From the human T2T-CHM13v2.0 reference genome, Homo sapiens, in NCBI RefSeq assembly GCF_009914755.1, contig NC_060929.1: 64,000 nucleotides of DNA. One strand, written 5' to 3'. Both the position numbers and the translations under genes were made by a program. The notes beneath the pieces are model-generated. The model made no database searches. It was not told the DNA's origin and was given only the letters and a program-made list of their open reading frames with translations. Positions 47,496 through 59,979 of this stretch are shown here, in pieces. Numbering within the stretch: position 1 is the first letter of the stretch; each line of letters starts with the position of its first letter.

Positions 47496-49586
47496 ATTTC
47501 TAAAATGAGTATTTCTTCTTCAGAGAGTCTTTGGGTTTTATAATTTTATGACAGGCGAATTCTACAGATACAATTTCTTCATTCAAAAACAAGTATGTGA
47601 TACTACCAATGTTACAAGATTGTGACCAAAATACTGCCTTTCTATTGCTTGCTTTAATAAAATGCCTGGTTCCAGCACTAAGGTATCTCTCAGTAGTGAA
47701 GTTTATATTTTCATGGACAGATTGCCTTGTGTTATTTTACAGCTAAAGGTATTTTCAACATTAACTCATGACATCCAGACTTCTGCCTGTTCTAAACACA
47801 CAACATACAGGCTGCCTGATAAGTTAGGAAGAACATGAACTACAACTGTTGTAATCCCTAAAGCAAATACTCATAATCTGAAATAAGCCCACGTATCTCA
47901 AAATTGACAAGTAGCTGAATTATTTGCCCCATAGGTAGCAGAAAGGGCTGGAATATACATGAGATCAATAGATCAATGAGACCACAACCTTTCATATGAT
48001 ACTTCATGAAACCATCTCAACCAAACCGTAATCCGTGCCATTTCCTGTTCCCTCCATTTGAACCTCTCACACTTTTTGAATGTGGTTTTCTTGGTATGCC
48101 TGTTTAGATTCAATCTTCAAATGTTTCCTCAAGTTTAAGGTGTAGATGAGCGCCTTTTCCTCTACGCCTATTTTTTCTCTATTAGAATCAAGTCCCTTTC
48201 CTCCTACAATCTGAAAGTCCACTTAAATTTCATTTTATTCTAATAAATATTGTAGATAGCTTTTGCATATGTTTTCCCTTTATTAAAAGTGCATGGTAGA
48301 GCTTCAAATAAATAAAAGTGTGTTGAGTGAATTTTTAAAAGATTAACCAGTTAAACACACATGGTACAGCCCACAGAGCCCAAATCATGGGGAGACAGGA
48401 AATGGCCAGGTTTTATGAAAAGCTTATAGTCAGAGACGGAGTGAGGGTGAGTTTGTTGGGCTCTTGATAAAGCTCCTCCAGGTTTTCTCTCCTGGGCTAT
48501 CACCATCATCTGGTGAAATCTATTTATCAGAGTCCAAAGAGATGAGAAAATATTTAACCAGAGAGGCAGCAAAGTACAGGGAGAAGTCCACTTACTAACT
48601 GCCCAGTGACTTAAGATAAAACACTCTCAGGGTCTCGGTTATTTATAAAATTAAATATCACACCTGAGGAATCTCCTAAATTCTCTAGGTAAACATGCTA
48701 TGATTCTATCAATGAAGAAATTTAATCTGAGACTAAAAGAACAAGTGAACTTGTATTTTTCTCAGTTCAGTATTAATGCATCTGTTACAATTAATTTTAT
48801 TCAGTTATTTTCAGGAGTCAAGAAATGCAAAAGAAAACTACCAACTAGACATCATTAACCAGCCAAAAAGAATCCAAATAGGCATAACTGCAACCTATTT
48901 CATGTGTTAAGGGAAAATTATTTTGAAGAATCGTTTTTCTTTTATGATATTGAGTATAGATGAGTACTGTGCTATGACACATTTTATGACAGATGCCCAG
49001 TGAAGATGGTATGTAAAGTCACCTCTCCAGAACACTAGAAGTCAACTGAATTTCTGAAATTTCAGATCGTATTGGGGGTAATTTTTGACTGATTTTTGGA
49101 TTTAGAACCTTTTCAATATTCTTCTAATCAGTTAGAAAAAATCTTTACTATTATGGCTTTATGCTCCCTTTCTTTCAAAGAAAAAAAACAAAAAATATTT
49201 ATAAAAATGGCATCTCTATATTTAACATTTGATAAGTTAAAATTTTTTATTAAAAGTCTATATGATCTAAACAGCATTAGAAATCAAGTGACTACTGATA
49301 AGTGCAGAGAGAGTGCTTAAATATTTAAAGTTGAGTGCAATACCATATCATTAACTCCCTATATAAATCTCATCTTACATTGCACTAAATCAACAAAGCA
49401 CAATAAGATGCAGCCACAAAAACGTATCTGTTTATAATTTACATATGTACTTATTCAATTAGTCTTCTGAGATAGAAGATAAACTGAAATACTTGCTAAT
49501 AATTTAATGCTAAATAGGAATAAGCAAAGGATATGAGCTTAGTTCTTACATCTAGCAAACATGTGGAAAGAAGAATCTTGTTAGAC

Positions 49587-49975
<389 letters not shown>

Positions 49976-51049
49976 TCAAAAAGATCTTAAAAAAAAGCTT
50001 TATTTTTCTTTTTTACAAGAGATTATCTAGCCAAATGCAAAGGTGGTAAAGCAAGAAGGAGTATGTAAACTGTGATAAATATAGTTTCTCGAAGTAGAGT
50101 GACCTTCTCTGGAGACTTACTTCCTGTCTCACAACCCAAATTTCTCTGAAATGCGCTAATCTCCTTTAGGGCACTCTGTTATAACAATACCTCCTCATTC
50201 ATTCTACTTTGGCTGCAATTCTACTTTAAATATTAGTTTTAGAGGAGGTTTTACTTGCAATTAACCATGTGATTATATTTTAATCATATTGAGTTCCATA
50301 CTCTGAAACGAATTTAGCATAGTGTGGAGTTAAAGAAGCAATAAATTTAACACACACTGAGTTACCAGAAAATCAGACTTCTAGCACCTTTCTTAATTGG
50401 AGGTGCAAACATCCACTGAACAATAGAAAATGTTCTGAAATGGTAAAAGGAAAGCCCAAGACTATAGACATAAAGATACATGCACCTTTACCTGCTTATT
50501 CAAGCAATTAGGCTATCTATTAAATAATGAAGTTGAAATCCAACTCAGTTCTTCCTAGAATTGGTTACAAATGCAAAAGAAGGTTGTGTAGAGTCAGTTC
50601 AATTGAAAATGTTTGGTGCCAGAGCAGAAGCAGAGCTGCCATCCTCAGAAAAGGAAACAGCACACCTTAATAGGGTGCTCAATAATTTTTTTTAAAAGTT
50701 GCATTATGATCCACAAAGTACTTGTGAAATTTTTTAGGGAATTTGCAGCCTTTGAGAAGTTTAACCTCCATATATCAATTTTATAGTTGAAAAATGAGAT
50801 TCTTAAGTGGTTTGAAGAACAGTAGGGAAGAGAACTATGGCTTGCCTTCCCTATTAATATATTTGTGTGTATACACACAAACACACACACAAAACAACAA
50901 CAATAAAATAGATATACATGTATATAATCCAACCAAAGAGCATTCTGAAACTAAAGGTGTGATAAATCAAACTTTGGGTTAAAATTTTATGTGGTCTAAA
51001 CACCATTTGTTATCAAGGGCCTAGTGAATAGTGGAGGAAACTTCAAAGT

Positions 51050-51230
51050 ACTATTTTATTTTATTTAATTATCATGCCAACCTTATAATATAGTATTATC
51101 CCTAGCTTAGAGATGAAGAAACTAAAATTTTAGTAACTTGTACAAAACGGTACAGGTATTAAGAGATAGAACCAGGACTGGACTCAAATCTCCTAATTCT
51201 TTGTATTTCATGTATCTCTAATACATCATG
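51050..51230 (-). mobile_element. MIR SINE remnant
   Basis: TATTATCCC..AGATGAAGAAACT..GTAACTTG..AGAACCAGGACTGGACTC. Confidence 0.6.
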
Positions 51231-51349
51231 CAGGTAAAACAGCTATGCATTTCATGGCTTTTTATTATAGAAACAATATTTGTACCATATATGTATGTAT
51301 ATATATGCACAATATATATGATAAATACATAGTGTAAAAGCATTAAAAT

Positions 51350-53300
51350 ATAATGCAGAAATTAAAACCACTTATTATGCCACCCTTTAGCAAAAAGTCT
51401 TCATTGCTATTTTGGTGTATATTATTTCAGTAGAGTTTCTTCGGTGCTCTATAGTTTCTATGGTGCTCTATATCTCTCTATTTAAAGTTATCGTACTGAA
51501 TAAAACAGATTATTTATTTTTATTTAATATCTCGTATTTTCATAAGTCAATAAGTATGGTATAGCTTTGATCATTGTTATATTTTTCCTAGACAAATGTG
51601 GTTTATATTGCTAAATTCAAATGTCATCATTTATTTCCCAATGATGCTTTTCCTCTTTGTAGCACGTGTTTCTTTAATGAATGTTAAACTTATGCTCATA
51701 TACTTCTGAGCCCCCACTTTTTAGTTCCTTTTGTGAAACAGATTCATAAACTAAAATAACTGTGTCAAAAGATATAGATACTTTCATGGCCTGTCATAGA
51801 CATTGTCAAATTCTCTCCCAAAAGTCCTTACAACAGTGAGGCCAGTACTAAGTATTATATATTGTGTTGTTCTTCATCAAATTTTTATGTTTTTAAAAAT
51901 TATTTGATTGCCAATTTGCATTTTGTTGACTAGGAAATTTGACTTTTTCATGCTTACATTCCAAATATAATTCTTCTGGAATTGGTTATATATTATTTTT
52001 GACTACATACTTATGGTATTATAATTTTTATTATTATTACTGATTTCCAAATACTTTATGGAATTATATCATAAAAATATTTATTTGTTGGAGATTTTAC
52101 TCAGCTTGTAATTTCTGTTTTGATTATTTACATGTTATTTTATATGTATTTTTAAAGTTTTAATGGGGTCAAATCTATAAATATTTTGTTTCTATTATTT
52201 TTTCTCAGCTTGCTTCTCCAGAGATTTATTAAATAACTATCTAGATTTTCTTACATATTTTACTTTGATATGGCATAAAATTAGAATCCAGCTAGATCTT
52301 ATGGTTTAGTAAATATAGTAGTTGATTTTCCATAGGTAAATTACAAATATTTATTGAAAATCCTTTTCTATACCATTTAATGTTTACAAAAACATATTCA
52401 TTGCCAGAAACTTGAAATATAGAGAAAAATCATAAAGCATGTTTTTATATCCCCTAATTTTCCACACTGCAACATATATGTTCTCTTTAAATATATATTT
52501 CAGGTCAAGCTTATTTTATATGTATTATTACCACATAAAAATACTTTTTAAGATGGTTTTGGGCTTTTGCACTCAAGTTTATGGCCATGATTATAACCAC
52601 TATTTATACCTCACTCAATTGAGTTCATTGGTTTCAGTGTTCTCCATCATACATTTAATGCTATGACTTTTTTGAATACTTAATTTTGATTTACTTTTCA
52701 GTTGATTGTCAATTTAATGTTAAGTTAACATCAGTGAAGTATTTTACTTAGAAAGAGTGTTCACATAATGTTATTGGGAAGGGTAAGGAGTGGTACAATT
52801 TCTATTTCCTATATAATTATATAAGTATTATGTGCATGTGAAAAACGACCTTATGGGGCACACTATCCTGGAATGAGATTTTTTTAATTCAAAATTCTAT
52901 TGGCTCCTGTGATTTGTATTGGAGAAAAGAAATGTCACACCACTCTGATTTTTAATACGTTTTAAGTAAATTAATTTTTCTGCCTCCATACATTATCAGT
53001 TTTATATTTAATATTTCTTCACTTCAGAAATGTTCTCTTTTCTTGTATTTTTAATGATTTCTTCTATACACAATGAAATAGTGTGGCATTTTTATTTTCC
53101 TGATTCTAGCCAGCTTATTGTACATCTCTGAAGTCATTATAAACTTTCATTTCTTGTGGTTATTTGCCTTCTTTCTAATTCCCTTTGCTTTTCTTAACAT
53201 TTTCAACTATTTTCCTTATAGTCAATCTTAGAAAAGTACTCCTCTAACTTTTTACATTATTTGTCCACTTTCCCTTAGGTTTTTTTTTCTTTTTTAAAAA
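51350..53300 (-). mobile_element. Ancient L1ME-like fragments
   Basis: T-rich with degenerate antisense L1 motifs (ATTGTCAAATTCTCTCCCAAAA, AATTTGCATTTT, GTCAAATCTATAAAT); boundaries approximate. Confidence 0.45.
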
Positions 53301-54014
53301 CCCATTATGTTTCACATTTTGTTTAGATTCTGTTTGCCAATCACTGAAGTGGGAGAGATATACCAAGGTTCAGTGTTTAATACATGGTAAAAGAAGAGCC
53401 TTTGGTATCCCTCTTTAATATCTGCTTCTATGCTGATAGACATCTCCTTTTCTAAGATATGTATGAAGGTCAAGGTTATCATCAGGAGCCCTAATTCAAT
53501 ATGCAAAACCTAATAAGCTTTGATCTAGTGTGAGTCTATTCCTGTGCAGTTGAATTTGCTCAGACATCTAGTTTTTTTTATTCAAATAGAGAATGCAATG
53601 GAATCTATAGTTATTATCCAATTAGGTAATATTCGAGAAAATTAGTCACTCAGTTCTCTACTCTTCACCTTGTTTATAATACTTTTCCTTGTAAAAAAAA
53701 ATTAAGACACACAATTAAAAAATATATAGCTGATCTATTTTCTGACTTCAATTTGGGGAATAACTTTCTAAACGTAAAAGAAAATGGGAATAATACAAAA
53801 AGAAAAGTAGATTTTGTTCCATAATAATATAAACGTCTTGATGTCAAAATTACCATGTACAAAAATAAACTGCAAATAATAAAGTAATGTTTGGAACAAA
53901 TATGACAGTTATAAGGCCTTTTGAAGTAAAAAATATTTATCATTTCAGAATATACTATGTGCCAGGTTCTCTACTAAATACTTTAGTAGGTTTAAAATAA
54001 ACAGATATATAGAC

Positions 54015-54185
54015 TTTCTTTTTCTTTTCTTTTCCCCCTAGAGACAGGGTCTTCCTCTGTTGCCCAGGCTGGAGTGCAGTGTCACAATCAGCTCACTGTA
54101 AGCTTGAACTCTGGTCTTCTAGGAATCCTCCCTCCTTGGGCTCTCAAAGTGCTGGGATTATAGGGGCAAGCTACCGTGCCTGATC
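54015..54185 (-). mobile_element. FRAM/AluJ-like monomer
   Basis: GAGACAGGGTCTT..GCTCACTGTAAGCTTGAACTC..CAAAGTGCTGGGATTATAGG. Confidence 0.85.
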
Positions 54186-54673
54186 TAAAGTAGACATATT
54201 TAAATTCAATATGTTATTTAATTATATTCTATTAACAGGCTTCTTCTGATGTACAATTTCAACATCTTGATTTTAAAAATTATTTTTTAGTGGAAGCAGA
54301 AAGCTTAAAATTGGAGTTTCCTACTTTTGAATCTAAGTCTGTGAAGCTCTGAAACTTGTTTTCATCACGCTATCTAGATTACTAGTTAATTATTAAGAAA
54401 TATAGAAAACCATAGCATTTGATTCAATAATCCCACTTCTTGAAATGAACCATCACTTGTAAAAAATAATTAGAAAATACCGTATATCAATACCAAATAA
54501 TAGAATGCTGGCTTAATAATTTGTGAAATGGCTGTATAATAGAAAATTTAACATGGAAAGATAGATGTAATACAATCATAATTTTTAAAAGCTTGATCCA
54601 AAGTGTACTTCTCTATGATATAATTTAATTGACTTTTATGTCCTATTTATAATGCACCTTTTATTATGCCTGG

Positions 54674-54678
<5 letters not shown>

Positions 54679-54703
<25 letters not shown>
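54679..54703. repeat. (TA)n microsatellite
   Basis: Direct observation. Confidence 0.95.
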
Positions 54704-54704
<1 letters not shown>

Positions 54705-56076
54705 ATATGTTGACATTGGACTATGGTTGATTTTGCTTGATAGTGTTTGCTATTTTTCAAATTTTATTCAATGATTATATTTTACTTTAATACTTGAGGA
54801 AATATGTAATACACATAAAAGTGAGATATGTTAAAACATGCATTTAAACACTCAGAGGATGTAAATTAGGCTGACTAAACTTCTAAAATCCAGCAGATGT
54901 TAATACCCAAATGGTATTTCCAGTAATTTAGCTGTAGAAGCCTACTTTTGAAGTTGAATATGAAGTAAAATAACAAAATAATCAATAATTTAACTCACGT
55001 TCACCAAACTCCCCAAGGAATTTCAGAAATTATGTGGGTCAGAGTATAACTTGAACTCTTAAAGAAAGCCAAACTAAAAAATAACAGGAACCCAGTAACT
55101 CCATCATTATTCTCCCTCTTAAAGGTAGCAAATGATGTGTCAAAATAAAGCAGTGTATCTCTAATTTCGTTTTACAGAAATAAGCCTTGATTAAATTCAA
55201 ATCTTTGTAGCCTAAGCTGCAAGTTAACCATCTTAGATCACTATTTTTGCACAATTTTCAAAAAATGGAAGATAGTCTTCTATCCAATATAGAAGACTTC
55301 TATCCAAGAAGACCAAGACAGTCTTCTCGAGACATTTTCCCAAGTATTCAGGACACAGCTAACATAGATTCCTGATTCCACCCCCACCCAGAAACTAAAC
55401 CCCTGTCTCTGGGTTGCCCCTGTCTTGGCAACAACACTTCCAAGAAAGCCTGTTTCTCTATTTACCTAAAATGTAGAGGGATCTGTTTTAAATGTACTCA
55501 ATGACTTCACATTCAACTGTGAATAAAAAGAAAGCAAAGCTAAGCAAAATAGGGAAGTTTTGTCCTCCGGTGACTGGAGCTCTCCAGGGAGCTCTAGGTT
55601 TTCTTCAGGGGCAAAGAAAGTACAAAAAGAAAAAAATTGTTCAAAACTGAGCTGTGTCCATGGCAGGTAGGAGGAAAGAAACAGGTCAGAAGCAGCAGAT
55701 GGTTTCTGTTTTCTTTTGGCACTTTGTTCTACTTCTAAACATTTTAAATAGAGCCAAATATCTGATTCTTATCTTGTTCTTTAAAATATATACTTTTAAA
55801 GCTATATTTAAGCGTTAATTTTTTATTGATCTGTGATAGCCTCCTACAACATTGACCGTATCACATTTGTATTTCCTGGTTGCTTTTATTTATATTTGTC
55901 TCTCTCTAAATTTGCATGTGTATGAATCTATCCACCTGTCTTCTACTTATCTTTCATAGTTGTAACTTTTTGTTTATCAGTGTGTATTACTGTGTTCTAC
56001 TTTGTCTTTTTGACTCAGTAGTTGAGAGAGATTTTTTGTTTGCTTGTTTTTAATATTGTGTCATTTGTAGGCATGA

Positions 56077-56478
56077 TGTCAGGTTCTAACTGAGGTTCGA
56101 GAAGAGTTGGTGGGTGATTATGGGGTTGCTGGAAAAACACTCGAGGAATCGTAGACAGTTTCGATATGGCTTTTACTCTCTCTCTCTGGGCATAAGCGAG
56201 CCTGGGAGCAGGCAAGCGGTGGGTGTGAGCAAGCTGTATGTACAGCGTTAGCAGGATAATTATACCTTTTACAGACAATAGTGGCTCTGAGCCAAGCACG
56301 AGCTCACGTGGGTGATCACCTAATGCCCCTCACATGGCGTGATTACATAATGTACCTCACGTGGCGTGGTTATGTAACTTGCGGAGTTGTGCACCTGTGC
56401 TCCAAACCCACTGAGTCATGCTGTGCCAGAAGGCCAGCTCGGCCTACTCCTGACTAACACACAGCCATTTCCTTTTCA
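56077..56478 (-). mobile_element. 3' LTR (LTR18-type)
   Basis: Minus strand TGAAAAGGAAATGGCTG...CCTCAGTTAGAACCTGACA; homologous to 59167-59561. Confidence 0.93.
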
Positions 56479-56489
56479 CTCCACCCCCT
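56479..56489 (-). promoter_or_regulatory. Polypurine tract
   Basis: AGGGGGTGGAG on the minus strand, immediately before the 3' LTR. Confidence 0.85.
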
Positions 56490-56499
56490 AGGCCAAGGG

Positions 56500-57400
56500 A
56501 ATCCTCTGGGCAGGAACACGTGCCCACAGGGCAGAGCCCTGAATTCATAACCCACAACAACAATACAGAGAGCAACAGCTCACTACTAGGATCCCAGCTA
56601 TGCTACTTATGATTATTAGGGCCCAGTGTAGGCCAGAGCCTAGAGATGCCCACCATCTCTGCAGGTGGTTGTCAGTAAGGCTCTAGACTGCCTTAATCTC
56701 CCATAGGAGCCCTCGCAGGGCTGTTGTGTTCTGCTGATTGTCAGGGATAAAGGTACAACATTGTGTTCCTAAAAGGGCACAGGTACTTCCTTGTGCAGCA
56801 GTTACTATGTCTAAGGCCATTTCGTTTTGCAGTACCTCCTTTCTCATCTGATCAACCTCACCCATTAATAGGTGGAGGGCCACTCAGGTATAATTCAGAG
56901 CCTAAGCGGTGTGCTCTACAAGAGAAGTAACCTGTGCTCCTACAGTTATGACACCAGCTCCAGGGATAGTCACTGCCAAGGGGTAGAAACACCATAGGGC
57001 TCCTTGCATTCACAGAAACCAAGAGTGTGGCATCTCTCAGTTATGTAGGTGTCTGGGCAATGTGGGAAGAACAGTGACAAGTACATAAGGCCACCCCCAA
57101 GTACAATGTCCAGTCCAGTCCGCTGGTAGGTAAGGCTACCCTGTGTCCCCACAGACCCATAAACCCCCAGAGGGCACCAAATCCATCGAGGCCCAACCTC
57201 GGTGGGGCTGCTTGTTCCACCATACCTTCAGTGTGATGACACGTGTTTTGTTTACACAGGCCGTGGTAGGTACCTATCCCACAGGGGTGTTACCGTAGTG
57301 CTCCTCTATGCACCACAGTGCCTGGGCCGGGGGTACTACCTGTTCCCCCACTAGCCATCCCCACCCATCATAGATGCTACAAGCCAGTCAGGGGGCAGGT
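56500..57400 (-). pseudogene. env: env remnant (partial SU, fusion peptide, TM ectodomain)
   Basis: FYPLAVTIPGAGVITV, then two in-frame stops, then LQNEMALDIVTAAQGSTCALLGTQCC (ISD-like plus CX6CC) in ORF 56683-56883; outer limits approximate. Confidence 0.88.
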
Positions 57401-57459
57401 GCACCATGGGTCTTGCAGAATCCTTTGTCCAAAGCTTGCCACATTGTATTCCAGGAGTT

Positions 57460-57680
57460 GGCCATGGGTTAACATAAGATCATTAACAAGACCATGAAGT
57501 ATGATGGGGCTATGCATATGGCCCTGCAGCAACACTGTGAAAGTCCATTTGTGCCCTCCCATGAAGGCAAACTGTTCCTGGCTCTCCAGAAAATAATGCA
57601 TTAGCCAAGTCCACCACACACTGGTACTGGCCCAGTTCTGTCAAGCGGTCCATCAAGTCCATGATAAACGGCACAGCTGC
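57460..57680 (-). pseudogene. pol: Reverse transcriptase remnant
   Basis: VVDLANALFS (motif A) and, after a frameshift, QFAF..WTFTVLLQGHMHSP (motif B); no YxDD, RNase H or integrase recognisable. Confidence 0.85.
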
Positions 57681-57960
57681 CAAGCCGTCCAAAATATCCA
57701 CCCCCAGGATGTATTCAGGTATGGGAGAGACATGCACAGTGCATAAGTGGGGAGCCAAACGGCCAATGCCTAGGTGCGAGATACAGGTTTCACTTTCACT
57801 GACTGGCCTTCAGAGCTGTCTATGCAACCTTGCCCAGAAACTTATCCGGGTTCCCGTAAACAAGGCTGCAATCTTTGCCAATATCCACCTGCACCAGCAC
57901 CCGCCGCTGTACATTGGTGGGGGACCAGTGGATTGCTAATTCCACATGTGGCCTTTGGTT
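57681..57960 (-). pseudogene. pro: Retroviral aspartic protease remnant
   Basis: Hand translation gives VLVQVDIGKDCSLVYG (degenerate DTG active site); the C-terminal PEYILGVDIL lies in ORF 57510-57758. Confidence 0.75.
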
Positions 57961-57989
57961 GTCTGGTGTTCTCTCAAGCCAGGCACCTC

Positions 57990-59100
57990 GACCAGTTCCC
58001 TAATCAAACAGAAAAAACATTTCCATCTGGCTACAAGTAGTCTTTGAGCTGAAGCACCTGGGCGGGACTAGCTCGCGCAGCAATGTCTTTCTCCCCACTG
58101 GGCATTTTCTGGAATTGCTGCTCCAGAGACAACTGTCTCCACAAAGTCAGAGTACTTCATTGGGCTGCTGATCAATTTTCTCTCAGTCAGCCCCAGCCAA
58201 AATCAAATCTATCTACATCTGTGAGCATGTCACTCACTGGGGCTCCGTTTTCTCCTCTGGGGGGAGTCTCCTGTGGGTGGGGCAGCTTCTCCTTCTTTAG
58301 GGCGCGGTCCCAGTGATGGTCTGCTGCTTCCCCGAGAGCCGCCATAGCAGTGGTCACTTCATGTATGCAGCACCCTACGTACAGGGCGAGGACAGCAGCT
58401 AGGGAGCTGAAAGCACTTGGGGACGCAGAACCCAACAGGAGATCCGTCATGTGGAAGGTGAAACGTTCATCATCTGGCCCCCAGATATTCAGGTCAAACA
58501 TAGCCTGCCGCATGCCCATCTCCCGAATGACTTGCACCAAATCTGTATACGACTGCCATCTACTGACAGTTTCTGGTATTTCACCAGCGTCATTCCACAC
58601 AGTCCACGTGGCTGTCCAGGCGGACAGAGGTTCCCCTGGATGCTGGCGGCACTGTTTGCCTAATTCCTACAACTCAGTTGGGGTATGGGCAATATATAAA
58701 GTGTGTTGCGTTATGGTGGGGGAGTCCCTGAGCCTGCCCTTGGGGCCCAACGGCTGTTCATGATCTACTTTCTGATGGACCACTGGGCCAGCCCACAACG
58801 GGGGTTCATCCTCCTCAGTCTCAGACTGAGTGGGGGGTCTCAGGCCAAGATGGCGGACCCAGGCCTGCATTCACTGCAGCCTCTAATTCCTTTTCCAAGT
58901 TCTGTAGCCAGGTCTCCAGGCGTCCCGCCTGTGCCTGAAGGTCCCTTACCTGGGCTGCATCCCTCAGGGACTGAGTGTATACCTCTCATAGTGCATTCAA
59001 AAACACCCATCCAACTCTGCCGACAAAGGCTCGCTCCTTCTCAGTGCTCTGTGCTTCCAGCTGCACCAGCGCCTTCATGCTTGCCGGGGACCCATTTACC
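57990..59100 (-). pseudogene. gag: gag remnant, frameshifted
   Basis: Lies between the PBS and the protease; broken ORFs 58667-58870 and 58187-58600 (WQSYTDLVQVIREMGMRQAMF); assignment is mainly positional. Confidence 0.65.
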
Positions 59101-59146
59101 ACCACCCAGGTTTCCACCATAGCCCATCCAAGCAGCACAGCTTGAG

Positions 59147-59164
59147 ATCCTGTTCATGTTGCCA
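59147..59164 (-). promoter_or_regulatory. Primer binding site, tRNA-Ser-like
   Basis: TGGCAACATGAACAGGAT, 2 nt after the 5' LTR; 15/18 match to TGGCGTCACGAACAGGAT (complement of the tRNA-Ser(CGA) 3' end as I recall it), two of the three differences being CpG transitions. Confidence 0.8.
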
Positions 59165-59166
59165 AC

Positions 59167-59561
59167 TGTCAGGTTCTAACTGAGGTCTGAGGGGAGTTGG
59201 TGGGCCAGTGGTGGGTAGCTGGAAAAACACTTGAGGAATCGTAGACAGTTTCAACATGGCTTTTACTCTCTGGGCACAAATGAGCCTGGATGCAGGCAAG
59301 CCATGGGCACAAGCATGCTGTATGTACAGCATTAGCAGCATAATTATACCTTTTACCGACAGTAGTGGCTCTGGGCCAAGCACAAGCTCATGTTGGTGAT
59401 TACCTAATGCTCCTCACGTGGTGTGGTTAGGTAATGTGCCTCACATGGCGTGGTTACATAACGTGGGGAGTTGTGGTGCCTGCGCTCCAAACCCGCTGAG
59501 TTATGCTGCTGGAAGGCCACCTCAGCCTACTCCTGACTAAAGCACAGACATTTCCCTTACA
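59167..59561 (-). mobile_element. 5' LTR (LTR18-type)
   Basis: Minus strand TGTAAGGGAAATG...CCTCAGTTAGAACCTGACA, followed by the PBS. Confidence 0.93.
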
Positions 59562-59661
59562 CATGACCATTGCATTTTTAAAATATAAAGGTCCCTTCTA
59601 ACAATTTTTTTTTTTAGGACAACTATGGACATTCTGAAGCTTTGTCAAATTAGCATGTAGA

Positions 59662-59979
59662 TTTTCTTTTTTCTTTTTTTTTTTTTTTTTTTTTTTGAGA
59701 CAGAATCTTGCTCTGTGGCCCAAGCTGGAGTGCAGCAGCACGATCTCTGCTCACTGCAACCTCTGCCTCCTGAGTTCAAGCAATTATCGTGCCTCAGTCA
59801 GCTGAGTGGCTGGGATTACAGGCACGTGCCGCCATGCCTGGCTAATTTTTGTATTTTTAGTAGAGATGTGGTTTCACCATGTTGGCCAGCCTGCTCTTGA
59901 ACTCCTGGCCTCAAGCAATCCTCCTGCCTTGGCCTCCCAAAGTGCTGGGATTACAGACATGAGCCTCCACACCAAGGCC
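59662..59979 (-). mobile_element. AluS-type SINE with a putative 3' transduction (59606-59661)
   Basis: Full-length Alu; direct repeat CCCTTCTAACAAT at 59593-59605 and 59978-59990. Confidence 0.95.

Larger units (their letters stand above)
56077..59561 (-). mobile_element. HERV-S/HERVL18-type endogenous retrovirus, internally deleted provirus
   Basis: Two direct ~0.4-kb LTRs with TG..CA ends, perfect 5-bp TSD CATGA (56072-56076, 59562-59566), PBS, PPT, and gag/pro/RT/env remnants in order on the minus strand. Confidence 0.93.

Noticed and set aside
57661-59122. Several plus-strand ORFs of 70-139 aa
   Set aside because: Antisense to the GC-richer ERV interior; no recognisable motifs.
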